IMG/VR virus record: IMGVR_UViG_3300033475_000062
Coordinates: 1 to 43,091 of that record
From: a virus
Lineage: Duplodnaviria > Caudoviricetes
Length of the DNA: 43,091 bases
Reading direction: 5' to 3' (one strand)
The translations under genes and the position numbers were made by a program. This document shows positions 27,201-36,528 of this stretch, piece after piece. Position 1 is the stretch's first letter. Each line of letters starts with the position of its first letter. A model generated the notes under the pieces. That model had not been told where the DNA came from. It made no database searches and saw nothing but the letters and a program-made list of their open reading frames with translations.

Positions 27201-28048
27201 GCGACCTCCGCCGGCTTGAAATCACGCAGGTTTGGCATTGGCGCGAAGCCACGGCCGCACAATTCCCAATCGGCCATGGCCGCGTCGTACTGGCGTTCCC
27301 ATTCAGGCTTTTTCGCCGGCCTGGCGGCGATCGCCTCAGCGATGGCTTTGCTGAAATAGTTCGGCGTGGTGACACCGGGCCGCATTTTCCTAGTCACGAC
27401 GTCGAGGATCATCGCTTTGTCAGCCCCATCTGCCAGCCATTGCCGGACGATCCCGAAATTCACGAAGGTTTTCGCCTGATCAATGCCCATCGCGTCCAGA
27501 ACGGCATAACCGACCTCGGCAAACTCGGCTTGCGAGACGGTACTTACTTTTACCTCATTACTTGACTCTTTAAGTAAGTAAGTAGGGGTTTTCGCCGCAT
27601 CGGTTGGCATTTCGGTTTCACTTTCGGTTTTTTTGGTTTTTCCGTCACCGCCAGGAATAGGCAGCAGCAAGGATTGCTGCCGCTGCGGCGGGGTTCCGTC
27701 CTTTCGTGGCCGACCACCGCTTGAGCCGTTGATTCTGTTGATTTCCGAGCGCGTTTTTGCCTTTTGAAGCATCGGACATCCGATCGCGCCATCACCCTCG
27801 CGCGCGAGCAGGCCGCGATCAATGATGGTTTTCAAATGGGTTTCGATTTCGGTTTCAGCGATTTGGATAAACAAAGCGATCTCGGTTTGGTTCATGATGT
27901 CAGAACCAAACCGCAAAACCGAAATGTCGCTGTTCTGCATCGCCGTGACGATACGTATCCAGACCAGCTGCGCCGTTGGCGCCAGAGTGACGACCCGTGG
28001 ATCGCGCAGCGTGTCCAAAATCGCCGCGCTCGCACATTTTCTCGCCAT
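27197..28048 (-). CDS. Phage replication initiator protein
   Basis: N-terminal winged helix, RS.INR.NG..GGRP linker and C-terminal W...GAD...I....YF..AI, next to dnaB. Confidence 0.75.
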   Translation of the reverse strand: MARKCASAAILDTLRDPRVVTLAPTAQLVWIRIVTAMQNSDISVLRFGSDIMNQTEIALFIQIAETEIETHLKTIIDRGLLAREGDGAIGCPMLQKAKTRSEINRINGSSGGRPRKDGTPPQRQQSLLLPIPGGDGKTKKTESETEMPTDAAKTPTYLLKESSNEVKVSTVSQAEFAEVGYAVLDAMGIDQAKTFVNFGIVRQWLADGADKAMILDVVTRKMRPGVTTPNYFSKAIAEAIAARPAKKPEWERQYDAAMADWELCGRGFAPMPNLRDFKPAEVA

Positions 28049-29559
28049 TACGCATCCCCCAGAAAAGCGCTGCCCCAGGCAGCTTCATTGTCAGCCTCAG
28101 ACTCATCCCGAAACCAGATCGTCTCCGCGTCGAAGCGCAGACGGCAGATTCCGGTCGGCCCATTACGGTTTTTCGCGATCGAGACGAGCGCCAGGCCGCG
28201 CGTTGACTCGACCTGATGGTGCCAGAGATCCGAGCGTTCCTGGAACGCCTCGGCGCTTTCTTTCTGGGCCCGGACGGGTTCGCCAGCCTGCATCAGGTAA
28301 TAATGCGGGCGATGCAGAAACATCACGCAATAAGCGTCCTGTTCCAGCGCGCCGGTATCACGCAGATCGGAGAGCTGCGGCATTTTATTCTCGCGACTTT
28401 CATTGGCGCGGTTCAACTGCGCAAGAACCAGGATCGGAACATGAAGTTCCGCCGCCAAGATGCGTAGATCCCGGCTCAATTCAGTCATCCGCTCATAAAG
28501 CTTCTGCTTTTCCGCCGCGGCGGTCGCGCGCATCAAGGCGATATAGTCGACCACGATCAGATCGAGCCCCTTGCCGCGCTTCATGCGCCGCGCGCGGGCA
28601 CGTAAGCCCGCGACCGTCAAACCAGGTCGATCGTCGAAATTGAGCGGTAGGCGATACGCATCGCGCCCGGCGCGCACGAGACGATTCCCCTCATCCATCG
28701 TCAGTTTCCGCGAGACAGGTCTGCCACCATGATCAGGCGGCATTTCCCAGCCCTTGCCACGAAACACCGAAGCAACCTCTATGCCCGAATGCGCGGCAGC
28801 AAGACGCGTGCCGAGCTGCGGCGCATCCATCTCACCAGACCACATCAGGACCTTGGCGCCATGACTGGCGGCGCGCGCAGCGATCCCGAGCCCAAGCCCG
28901 GTCTTACCCATCGCCGGGCGCGCGCCGAGCAGATACATCTGCCCCGGCATCAGTCCGGCCGTCAGGCGATCGAGCGCCGCATACCCCGTGGTGAGACCGG
29001 CCAGCGCACTGTCGCGCTCGCCCGCTTCGGTCGAGAGTACTACTGCCCGCGACACAGCATCACCGGCTGTCGAAAGCGGCTTGACCTCGCCCGCGCCGTC
29101 CGCGACGCGTGTCAGCGCGCCATCCAGTTCCTCAAGTACCTCCTGACCACTAACCCCGGTCGGCACGTAAGCCTGATTGATAGCCTCGGTGCAGGCCGCG
29201 ATCAGTTCGCGCCGCAACCAGGCGTCATGCACCGCACGGCCATAATCCCCAGCGTTGATGATCCCAATCATGGAAGCGAGCAGCTTACCCAAATAGGATA
29301 GACCGCCAACAGCATCCAGTTCGGCCGCATGCTCAAACTCCGCCTTGAGCGTGACCGGATCAGCAACCTGCCCAGCCGCGATCCTGCTGGCGATTGCGCC
29401 GTAGACCCGGGCGTTGGCCGGGTCGGCAAAATGATGCGGCAGCAGAAATTCAGCAACGCTCTCGAACGCCTTATTATTCGCCAGCAGCGCCCCCAGCAGC
29501 GCCTGCTCCGCCGGGACGTTGCTCGGCGGAATGCGCATCACATTGAACACGTCGCTCAT
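28048..29559 (-). CDS. dnaB: Replicative DNA helicase
   Basis: AEQALLGALL, GARPAMGKT, IVVDYI, LAQLNR, LSDLRDTGALEQDA and KNRNGPTG motifs. Confidence 0.97.
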   Translation of the reverse strand: MSDVFNVMRIPPSNVPAEQALLGALLANNKAFESVAEFLLPHHFADPANARVYGAIASRIAAGQVADPVTLKAEFEHAAELDAVGGLSYLGKLLASMIGIINAGDYGRAVHDAWLRRELIAACTEAINQAYVPTGVSGQEVLEELDGALTRVADGAGEVKPLSTAGDAVSRAVVLSTEAGERDSALAGLTTGYAALDRLTAGLMPGQMYLLGARPAMGKTGLGLGIAARAASHGAKVLMWSGEMDAPQLGTRLAAAHSGIEVASVFRGKGWEMPPDHGGRPVSRKLTMDEGNRLVRAGRDAYRLPLNFDDRPGLTVAGLRARARRMKRGKGLDLIVVDYIALMRATAAAEKQKLYERMTELSRDLRILAAELHVPILVLAQLNRANESRENKMPQLSDLRDTGALEQDAYCVMFLHRPHYYLMQAGEPVRAQKESAEAFQERSDLWHHQVESTRGLALVSIAKNRNGPTGICRLRFDAETIWFRDESEADNEAAWGSAFLGDA

Positions 29560-29828
29560 GCAACACCGTGGCAACTTGCTTTTTCTGCTTCGGTGCGGCG
29601 TTCCCTGCCGAACTGCACGCCAGCCACGAGAAACACCGCAGCATTTGACCCCGCGACCGTCGGCATTTCCGGATACAGCGCGTCAGCCAGGATGATTCCG
29701 GCGGCGACGGCTAAAGCCTGGTAGAGGTAAATATCCGCAACCCCAGGCGAAGCAGCCCTGACACCCGCGACAATCCTCTGCGCGGCGGCAGAGAGTTTAG
29801 CGACATCCTCTTGGAGTTTATCGTTCAT
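29556..29828 (-). CDS. Hypothetical protein
   Basis: ORF translationally coupled on both sides. Confidence 0.65.
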   Translation of the reverse strand: MNDKLQEDVAKLSAAAQRIVAGVRAASPGVADIYLYQALAVAAGIILADALYPEMPTVAGSNAAVFLVAGVQFGRERRTEAEKASCHGVA

Positions 29829-30292
29829 TATGCCGCGTCCCTTTCTGACTCAGGTGCTCGCACATAGGCGATGGCGCAATGGTCTTGGCAGTAAGGCTTG
29901 CCGGCTTCGCTCGGGGCTTCGCAGAACCGAAAATCGGGCTGTCGCGGTGTGCCGATTGGAAACTGGCACGACACCGCGCGTCCGCTCAGCACTAGGCCCG
30001 GCGCAAGCGCAACGACGGGCACGGCCGGCACAATCAGGGACGGCGGCACCGCAGCGGCACAATTCTTCGCAGATTGACCCGGTGTGACCAGTTTTACAGG
30101 CTTTACTGCTCGCGCTTCACCAGAACGCCGGATCGGACTGGGTCGGGACGGCAAATGGAGGCGGTGCGCCTTACCCACCACTGAATTCTTCGACTTATTG
30201 AGCCGGCTTCCGATTTCGGACGAAGAAAGTCCCTCTGCCCACAACGCGCGCAGCTTCAGCACCAGATGATCTGGCCAACTGTCATCGTTCAT
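29828..30292 (-). CDS. gcrA: GcrA-family cell-cycle regulator
   Basis: W......L..LW.EGLS.SEIG..L..SKNSVVGKAHRL.L..RPSPI and CQFPIG.P...F.FC......GKPYC..H...AY motifs. Confidence 0.92.
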   Translation of the reverse strand: MNDDSWPDHLVLKLRALWAEGLSSSEIGSRLNKSKNSVVGKAHRLHLPSRPSPIRRSGEARAVKPVKLVTPGQSAKNCAAAVPPSLIVPAVPVVALAPGLVLSGRAVSCQFPIGTPRQPDFRFCEAPSEAGKPYCQDHCAIAYVRAPESERDAA

Positions 30293-30750
30293 AGCGCACC
30301 AATGATGGAGAATTTTATTAGCCCCATCTTCACCCGCGCCGCATTCACAGCGATAAGGTTGAGGCCATGGCCTTTTCGGCAAAGTCCCTGCCGCCACGCC
30401 CATTTGCGGGCATGTTCATAGCTGACAAGGATCATACCATCCAGAAAAAGTGCCTCCGGCTCTTTAGGAACCGGAGGCGAGTTCAGGGAGGAAACGTCCT
30501 TAGTCAGCGCACCCGCCGCCGGAGATGATCCGGCAGCCGCAGGCGCGGTATTCGCAGACGCGAGCGCTTGCGAATGGTAGTGGGCGATCTGACCGGTTCG
30601 TTTCAGACGCCCATAAGTGTTCATCAAATGCTTTACACTGTTCAGTCTCTCGCCCGGCAGAGCATTCAGCCGGCGCAAAATCTCAAGCCACACCGGCGGC
30701 GTTTTACGGGCACGCAACAACACCATGAGACTCAGGCGATCCTCAGTCAT
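30289..30750 (-). CDS. Hypothetical protein
   Basis: W.EIL.RLNALPG motif, coupled to gcrA. The start is uncertain. Confidence 0.55.
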   Translation of the reverse strand: MTEDRLSLMVLLRARKTPPVWLEILRRLNALPGERLNSVKHLMNTYGRLKRTGQIAHYHSQALASANTAPAAAGSSPAAGALTKDVSSLNSPPVPKEPEALFLDGMILVSYEHARKWAWRQGLCRKGHGLNLIAVNAARVKMGLIKFSIIGAL

Positions 30751-30809
30751 GGCGCCGCGGCGCCTGGTGCCAGTGTTCGTCATGATCTCAGTGCTGCAGT
30801 CCATTAACG

Positions 30810-31271
30810 CTACGCCGGAACACACATCAGAAATGCGAACGCCTCGCTGCTGACGCGGCGCAAAGTGTCCAGCTCACGCAGCAGATCCTGCCGTTCCTGA
30901 TCGGTCAGCTTGTCATGGGCCAGCGCTGTGGCGGCTGTGGCGAACAACTCGCCGACATCCCGGCCGATCTCGGCCATCAGCGATGCCAGCACCCCGCGCT
31001 CACGCGGCATGTCTATCGGGACAAGCATATAGCCTTGAGCGCGCGCCAGTGCCGCAGTGACATGCGGCGTGCCGCCCACTCGCTCGAGGTCCATGACCAC
31101 GTCAGCCGGAGCGAATGTGTCTTTTCCGGACACACCGTAATCAGCGATTTGACTACGCCCGACACGCGTGCAGCTCGCCGCCGCATCGATCCCGCCGAGA
31201 TCGGCGATCACCAGCTTCATCGCCGTTTTCATGGCATTGTAGTCGGCAGGTGCGAACTGTCGCTCCGTCAT
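30810..31271 (-). CDS. CII-like phage regulatory protein
   Basis: GGAGGA RBS; K.A...LI...GG..AAA...RV.....Y......F.P.DV..DLE...G.P.VT..LA...G..LV pattern. Confidence 0.75.
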   Translation of the reverse strand: MTERQFAPADYNAMKTAMKLVIADLGGIDAAASCTRVGRSQIADYGVSGKDTFAPADVVMDLERVGGTPHVTAALARAQGYMLVPIDMPRERGVLASLMAEIGRDVGELFATAATALAHDKLTDQERQDLLRELDTLRRVSSEAFAFLMCVPA

Positions 31272-31377
31272 ATAATCCTCCAAATCGTTTGACCTCCGGA
31301 CTAAATCCGGGTGACTGTTGCGGCGCAAAGGAGGACAAGCATCTCCATGCGAACGGTTGATTCCATCGAAAGGTTGC

Positions 31378-31629
31378 TCATGCTGCGCGTCGGCGAATCG
31401 CATCCGACTCGGCTCCGGGAAGTTTGCGCTTACCAGCGTAACCGTCCTGAAGATCGGACGCGGATACCGCCAGATCGACGCCGAGCATCGCCGATTTTTC
31501 GACAATTATGGCCCAAAACCGCGAAGGAATACCCCGCGCGCGCCAGTGCGAGATGTTGGCGGCCGTGGCGCCCGTCCATTTTCTCACGTTTTCTGTACCG
31601 AGTCGTTTGATGATTTCAGCATGGCCCAT
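31378..31629 (-). CDS. Cro-like HTH protein
   Basis: II..LG...V....G......IS.W..RGIP...W pattern, divergent from the repressor. Confidence 0.8.
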   Translation of the reverse strand: MGHAEIIKRLGTENVRKWTGATAANISHWRARGIPSRFWAIIVEKSAMLGVDLAVSASDLQDGYAGKRKLPGAESDAIRRRAA

Positions 31630-31641
31630 GACACGCCAAAT

Positions 31642-31678
31642 AATCCAGATTGGATTATTTCGCAATCCATTTTGGAGT
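31642..31678. promoter_or_regulatory. Two operators (AATCCA-N3-TGGATT) between cro and the repressor
   Basis: AATCCAgatTGGATT at 31642 and AATCCAtttTGGAGT at 31664. Confidence 0.8.
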
Positions 31679-31698
31679 TCGACGTTGCAGAGGCCGTA

Positions 31699-32055
31699 AT
31701 GTTACAGAACCCCATGCCGAAAACCGCCCGAAAGACCCCTCGCGCATATATGGAAGGCGTCGGAAACCGCATCCGCTGGGTGCGCGAATACGCCAATCTA
31801 GGCCAAACTGAGACGGCGAAGTTGTTCGGCCTAAATCAGGCGGCGTGGCAAAAATGGGAAGCCGGCGACAGGTCGCCCGACCCCTATATTCTTGTGGCTT
31901 TCTGCCGCCGGTTTCATGTGACGATGGATTATATTTTCAGAGCCGACGTTTCGGGATGCCACCGGGCTTTGGCGGCGGCCCTATTGGTTCAGCACCCGGA
32001 ATTGAGCGAAGAGCTGCAATACACGGCTGTGAACACGGACAACAATCGGCTTTAA
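31699..32055 (+). CDS. XRE-family phage repressor (no S24 peptidase domain)
   Basis: VGNRIR..RE...L.Q.E.A...GL......KWE.G.R.P ... VTMDYIF pattern. The start is 31699 or 31714. Confidence 0.88.
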   Translation: MLQNPMPKTARKTPRAYMEGVGNRIRWVREYANLGQTETAKLFGLNQAAWQKWEAGDRSPDPYILVAFCRRFHVTMDYIFRADVSGCHRALAAALLVQHPELSEELQYTAVNTDNNRL

Positions 32056-32211
32056 CGCACGGCTTGTAGTGTAGCGATCCGGGGTTTTGCTCCCCATTCC
32101 TATAGTGCCGAATCCTCATTTCATTAGCCCTAGACCTCCGCAATGTCAGAGAGTGTTACCTAGATGTAACCCAACTTTAGGCATCGACAAGGCGTTTTTT
32201 TGCCTAGATGG

Positions 32212-32270
32212 AATCCATTTTGGATTCAGTTTTTCGCCATTATGGATTGCAAACTAATCCATAATGGATT
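32212..32270. promoter_or_regulatory. Three operators overlapping the early promoter
   Basis: AATCCAtttTGGATT (32212), TCGCCAttaTGGATT (32234) and AATCCAtaaTGGATT (32256), with TTGCAA -35 at 32247. Confidence 0.8.
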
Positions 32271-32293
32271 AACGCTCACCATCGTTCCGCACG

Positions 32294-32479
32294 ATGGAGG
32301 CGTTCATGCGTTCCAGTTTTCTCCCGTCAGCCCATACAGCTGAGACACCCTGGCAGACCATCCGGCGCCATAAGCATCAAGCCGCGGCCTCCGTCGCCGG
32401 GGGTGCGATCATTGCCTTTTCTGCCAAGTATATCGCCGCTGCATTGCTCGTTCTCTGGCTCCTGACAGGTGGCCAATGA
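32294..32479 (+). CDS. Small membrane protein
   Basis: Hydrophobic C-terminus. GGAGG RBS precedes the internal ATG at 32306. Confidence 0.55.
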   Translation: MEAFMRSSFLPSAHTAETPWQTIRRHKHQAAASVAGGAIIAFSAKYIAAALLVLWLLTGGQ

Positions 32480-32631
32480 ACGAGATGTCGCTGTGCCTGG
32501 AGCGAGCGGTCGCGCGGGAGACCGAAGAGCGCATCGAGCACTCGAAATGGGGACTGCTCGTCATCCTTTCCATTGCGCTCGTTACCTGGGCGCCGGTCAT
32601 CATCCTCGCCATCATACTGGTGCGGCTATGA
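32476..32631 (+). CDS. Small membrane protein, 51 aa (not in the ORF track)
   Basis: ATGA-coupled on both sides; MNEMSLCLERAVARETEERIEHSKWGLLVILSIALVTWAPVIILAIILVRL. Confidence 0.55.
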   Translation: MNEMSLCLERAVARETEERIEHSKWGLLVILSIALVTWAPVIILAIILVRL

Positions 32632-32873
32632 ACCATGTGCTGCCCCGTCCGGCCATCCGAGCTTTTCCCCCAACCATCGCCGGCGAACTGATCTTTCACC
32701 CCGCCGCGCCCTGTTCCCTTATCCGCGACCCGCGCACCCATCAAACGCTGCGCCTCGATGGCTGGTGGAAAACCCCGGATGGACGAACGCTTTATGCCGC
32801 GCTGTCCGCGCCAGGCTCGATCCTGCGCACAGCGGCAGAAATGGAACAATCGCCAGATGATCGGCCTCAGTGA
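32628..32873 (+). CDS. Hypothetical protein
   Basis: ATGA-coupled ORF starting MNHVLPRP. Confidence 0.5.
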   Translation: MNHVLPRPAIRAFPPTIAGELIFHPAAPCSLIRDPRTHQTLRLDGWWKTPDGRTLYAALSAPGSILRTAAEMEQSPDDRPQ

Positions 32874-32942
32874 ACGGCGTTCACAGCGAGCTTTTTCTTC
32901 ACCGGCCACGCACGGCCAAATTAGCAAAGGATGTGACGAAGA

Positions 32943-33287
32943 ATGGCGAATTCCCGCCCGTTTCTGGATTTTCTACGTGAGCAGCGCAATGGCGTGCTGC
33001 ATGACGAACTGAGCGACGCCCTACAGGAGTGCGTGGCTGCCGTGATGACTGAGGGGGGGGTATCAACACTAACCCTCACCATCACTGTTAAAAACGCCAA
33101 CGCCGGCGCTGGCGCATTGATGGTTACGGACGAGCTGAAAACGAAGCTGCCCAAGCCGAAGATCGGCGGCAGCATCTTCTTCGCGAGCCCGGAGAACAAC
33201 CTGATCCGCGAAGACCCGAAGCAGCACAAGCTTCCGCTCAGCGAAATCTCGCAACGCCGCGAGCTGCGCGACGTCGGCAACGCCTGA
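32943..33287 (+). CDS. YfdP-like phage protein
   Basis: F..FL.E.R.G.L..ELS..L...V.AV ... K.KLP.....SIFF...E..L.R.DP.Q pattern, paired with DUF2303. Confidence 0.8.
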   Translation: MANSRPFLDFLREQRNGVLHDELSDALQECVAAVMTEGGVSTLTLTITVKNANAGAGALMVTDELKTKLPKPKIGGSIFFASPENNLIREDPKQHKLPLSEISQRRELRDVGNA

Positions 33288-33330
33288 CCGGCATTCATCC
33301 CTTCTTCCACATTAACAGCCGAGGATTTTT

Positions 33331-34203
33331 ATGACCGACAAGCAAGACGTACAGGCGATTATTGAGGTCGCCCAGGATGCCCTGAAACCGATCCAGGTTG
33401 AGGTGACAGATGCCAACCTGCTGTTCATTCCCGGCACGGAAAACCGCAAACCCGAGATCATAAATCTCGATCTCGTCCGGCCGCCCGCGACACCGCGCCG
33501 CAAGGCCGGCAGCATCACGGTATTCAACATCGAATCCCTGAACAGCTTCATCTACCACAACAAGGATGCCGGCAACACCAACGTCTATCTTGACGCCAAT
33601 ATCCTGAAGCCACGGATGGTGGCGATCCTCAACGACAATGGCGATGCCGGGCCAGGCCACCGTGACTTCAAGGTCTATGTTGAGTTTCGCGAAACCCCTG
33701 AATGGACCAAGTGGCACAAGATCGACGGCACCATGTTGCCGCAGGACGCCTTCGCCGAATTCATCGAAGAAAATCTGCAGGATATTTACAATCCCCCGGG
33801 CGCCGAGATGCTTGAGATCGTCACCTATCTGCAGGCGACGCGCGCCGTCGATTTCAAGTCGGCGCTGAACCTGTCGAGCGGACAGGTTCAGTTCACGAAC
33901 ATCGAGAGCGTTGATGCCAAAGTCGGCCCCGGCCAGATCGCGATTCCCACGGAGTTCACGCTGCAGATCGCGCCGATCCAGGGCTCGCCCCGTTTCAAAA
34001 TCCCGGCGCGTTTCCGCTACCGCCTAACCGACGGCAAACTGAAGCTCGGCTTCAAGCTGCTACGCATCGAGGATGTAATGACGGAAATCCTGGATAAGGC
34101 GGTGGCGGACATCGTCCGCGGCGGCGATCCTGCGTCCGACCTTCCGACCGGCACCGTCAATGTGATCGACGGCTGGCCGTTCCCCCACGCCAATCAAGCC
34201 TGA
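33331..34203 (+). CDS. DUF2303/YfdQ family protein
   Basis: P.R..G.......SL, T.EW..W, Q..FAEFIEEN, F.S...L.SG..QF and ARFRYR motifs. Confidence 0.9.
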   Translation: MTDKQDVQAIIEVAQDALKPIQVEVTDANLLFIPGTENRKPEIINLDLVRPPATPRRKAGSITVFNIESLNSFIYHNKDAGNTNVYLDANILKPRMVAILNDNGDAGPGHRDFKVYVEFRETPEWTKWHKIDGTMLPQDAFAEFIEENLQDIYNPPGAEMLEIVTYLQATRAVDFKSALNLSSGQVQFTNIESVDAKVGPGQIAIPTEFTLQIAPIQGSPRFKIPARFRYRLTDGKLKLGFKLLRIEDVMTEILDKAVADIVRGGDPASDLPTGTVNVIDGWPFPHANQA

Positions 34204-34216
34204 AAGGACCACCCTC

Positions 34217-35635
34217 ATGGCTGCTGTTCCCAAGCTGACCGAAGAGGTGATCCAGGCGATCTGCGCGCGCAAGCGCGCAGATCCAGCCATCACACAAGAC
34301 ATGCTGGCGGCGGAATTCAACCTGAACCGCACCAGCATCAAGAAAGCGCTCGTCATGCTGAATGTCCCCGCCGTCGCTGCTGCCAATGACACCGGCATAA
34401 GCCTGGTCGATTATGATCTGATCGACCGTTCCAGCCTGAACCCGCGCAAGACGTTCGACCAGACCGAACTCGAGGAGCTGGCCGAGAGCATCGCCGTGAA
34501 CGGCCTGTTGCAGAATCTCGTGGTTCGCGCTGGGCCAGAGGGCCGCTATATCCTTGTGGCGGGCGAGCGCCGGTATCGCGCAATCGGCCTGCTAATAGAC
34601 CAAGCCCGTTGGGGCCAGCCCCTTCCCTGCCGCGTGATCGAGGCAGATGACGGCACGCACCTTGCACTGGCTTTGCTGGAAAACCTGCAGCGACAGGACG
34701 TGGCGCCGCTCGAGGAAGCCGATGCCTTCGTGCAGCTGCAGCGGATCGACCCCAAAACCTGGACCGCCCAGGCGATCGCCATGAAGATCGGCCGCACGCC
34801 GCGCTATGTGTACCAGCGCCTGGCATTGGCTAACAAGCTCGCGCCGGCCGCACGCGAGGCTCTGACCTCTGGCAAGATAACCATTGAGGCGGCGCGGCTG
34901 CTGACCACCGCGCCTGCTGACATCCAGGTCGATATCCTCGACCGCGCGACGGACGATTATGATGAGTCGGGAAAGATCTCTGTCGAGGATATCACGTACG
35001 AACTGCGCGGCACGCTGATCGACGTAGAAGACGCGCTGTTCGATGTCGAGGCGTCTGCCCTCGAGCTGGTCGAGATTGAGGGCAGCAGATACTTTGCCGA
35101 CCGCAAGGCGGCGATCGCGCTGCAGATGGAAGCAGTACAGGCCAAAGCCAAAGCCTTGAAAAAAAAGTGGGCTTTCGTGACGGTGTTGGAGCCTGGCGAG
35201 CGCTTCAACTCATGGGAGTATCTGACGGGCCAGACCAAAGCGAATGGCGCTGGCGCGTTCATCGTCATCAACAAGTCGTCTTATGACGTCACGATCCATG
35301 AGGGGCTTCTGACGAAGCCCAAGGAAGATCCAAAAAGATTCGACACTTCCGACTATAAGGCCAAGCAGAAAGCAGCGCAGCTTGAACGCGCGGAGAGGGC
35401 CAACGCCGAGATTGCACGTTTCCACGCGCTGACCCCCAAACTGCCGACCGACTATCCCCCTAACGAAGAGCGCCAGGAAGGGCAGAAATTTTGCTTCGAC
35501 GGCTGCAAATTCCGTCAGCTCCTCAACTACTCGGCGCCGGCCGAGTTCCATGTGTGCACAAACCCCAACTCGCCGCGCGCAGCCATGCTCACGCATGAAG
35601 AGCAGGGCGGCAATGGCTGCTTCGAGGTGTCGTGA
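34217..35635 (+). CDS. ParB/RepB/Spo0J-family protein with extra N- and C-terminal domains
   Basis: NPRKTFD...L.ELAESI...GLLQ.LVVR, VAGERRYRA and ENLQR.D..PLEEA motifs. Confidence 0.9.
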   Translation: MAAVPKLTEEVIQAICARKRADPAITQDMLAAEFNLNRTSIKKALVMLNVPAVAAANDTGISLVDYDLIDRSSLNPRKTFDQTELEELAESIAVNGLLQNLVVRAGPEGRYILVAGERRYRAIGLLIDQARWGQPLPCRVIEADDGTHLALALLENLQRQDVAPLEEADAFVQLQRIDPKTWTAQAIAMKIGRTPRYVYQRLALANKLAPAAREALTSGKITIEAARLLTTAPADIQVDILDRATDDYDESGKISVEDITYELRGTLIDVEDALFDVEASALELVEIEGSRYFADRKAAIALQMEAVQAKAKALKKKWAFVTVLEPGERFNSWEYLTGQTKANGAGAFIVINKSSYDVTIHEGLLTKPKEDPKRFDTSDYKAKQKAAQLERAERANAEIARFHALTPKLPTDYPPNEERQEGQKFCFDGCKFRQLLNYSAPAEFHVCTNPNSPRAAMLTHEEQGGNGCFEVS

Positions 35636-36477
35636 TGGGCGTGTCGACAGCTCATAGGCAATTCGGCAGTAAGGCACGCGTTGCTGAAGAACTTCTGCCT
35701 TTTCTTCCCATGGACGCGGCCGTGTGGGTGGAGGGTTTTGCTGGAACAGCGGCCATGACACTGGCAAAGCCTCCGCATCCAGCCGAACATCTAAACGATG
35801 CGAACGGCGACGTGGTCAATCTCTTCCGTGTTTTGCGCGATGATGATGAATTGGCAAAATTATGTCGCATGGTCGAGATGACCCCATACGCGCAGGAAGA
35901 GTTCATCACATGCAGAGACCTCGTCTGGTCCAGCGACGCCGATCAGGCGCCAGATCCCACTCTTCGTGCATGGCAATTTCTGGTCGCGTCCTGGATGAGC
36001 TTCGGCGGCAAGCAACATCGGCGTGCCAGCTGGCGACTTGATAAAGGACGCTCGTCGCTCAGCACCACTTGGATCGGCATTCCAGATCGGTTGGTGTCCG
36101 TCGCGCAACGGCTTCGCCGCTGCCATATCCATCGGCGACACATCATCAATCTGGTCGCCGCCTTCGCCGATCAAGCCGAGGCTCTGCTGTTCCTCGACCC
36201 CCCCTATCCGCGTCATACGCTGAACGGCCACGAGACTATGTATGCGGTCAATATGACCGATGAGGAGCATCAGGAACTCGCCAGGGCCCTCAGAGATGTG
36301 CGGTGTCGCGTCCTGATCACAATGGCACGAGGTACTGTCTATTCCGACATCCTGCGCGACTGGCACCACGCCAATTATAGTGTGCGCAGCCTGACCAATA
36401 GTCTCCAGACCGAGGTCGCCATCAGCAATTATCCGCCGCCACACAGAGCGCGAAGCCTTCTTAGGAAAGTCTCTTGA
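35632..36477 (+). CDS. DNA adenine methyltransferase (D12/Dam class)
   Basis: FGSK, VEGFAG, LND.NG.VVNLFRVLR and FLDPPY motifs. Confidence 0.9.
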   Translation: MMGVSTAHRQFGSKARVAEELLPFLPMDAAVWVEGFAGTAAMTLAKPPHPAEHLNDANGDVVNLFRVLRDDDELAKLCRMVEMTPYAQEEFITCRDLVWSSDADQAPDPTLRAWQFLVASWMSFGGKQHRRASWRLDKGRSSLSTTWIGIPDRLVSVAQRLRRCHIHRRHIINLVAAFADQAEALLFLDPPYPRHTLNGHETMYAVNMTDEEHQELARALRDVRCRVLITMARGTVYSDILRDWHHANYSVRSLTNSLQTEVAISNYPPPHRARSLLRKVS

Positions 36478-36528
36478 TGATGCCAGCCAATGTTGAACTT
36501 TGATTACGGAAGCGCAGAAGGCTTTGGC

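Noticed and set aside
33053-33060. G8 homopolymer as a phase-variation site
   Set aside because: It is in frame (Glu-Gly-Gly-Val) and short. A single sequence gives no evidence of slippage.
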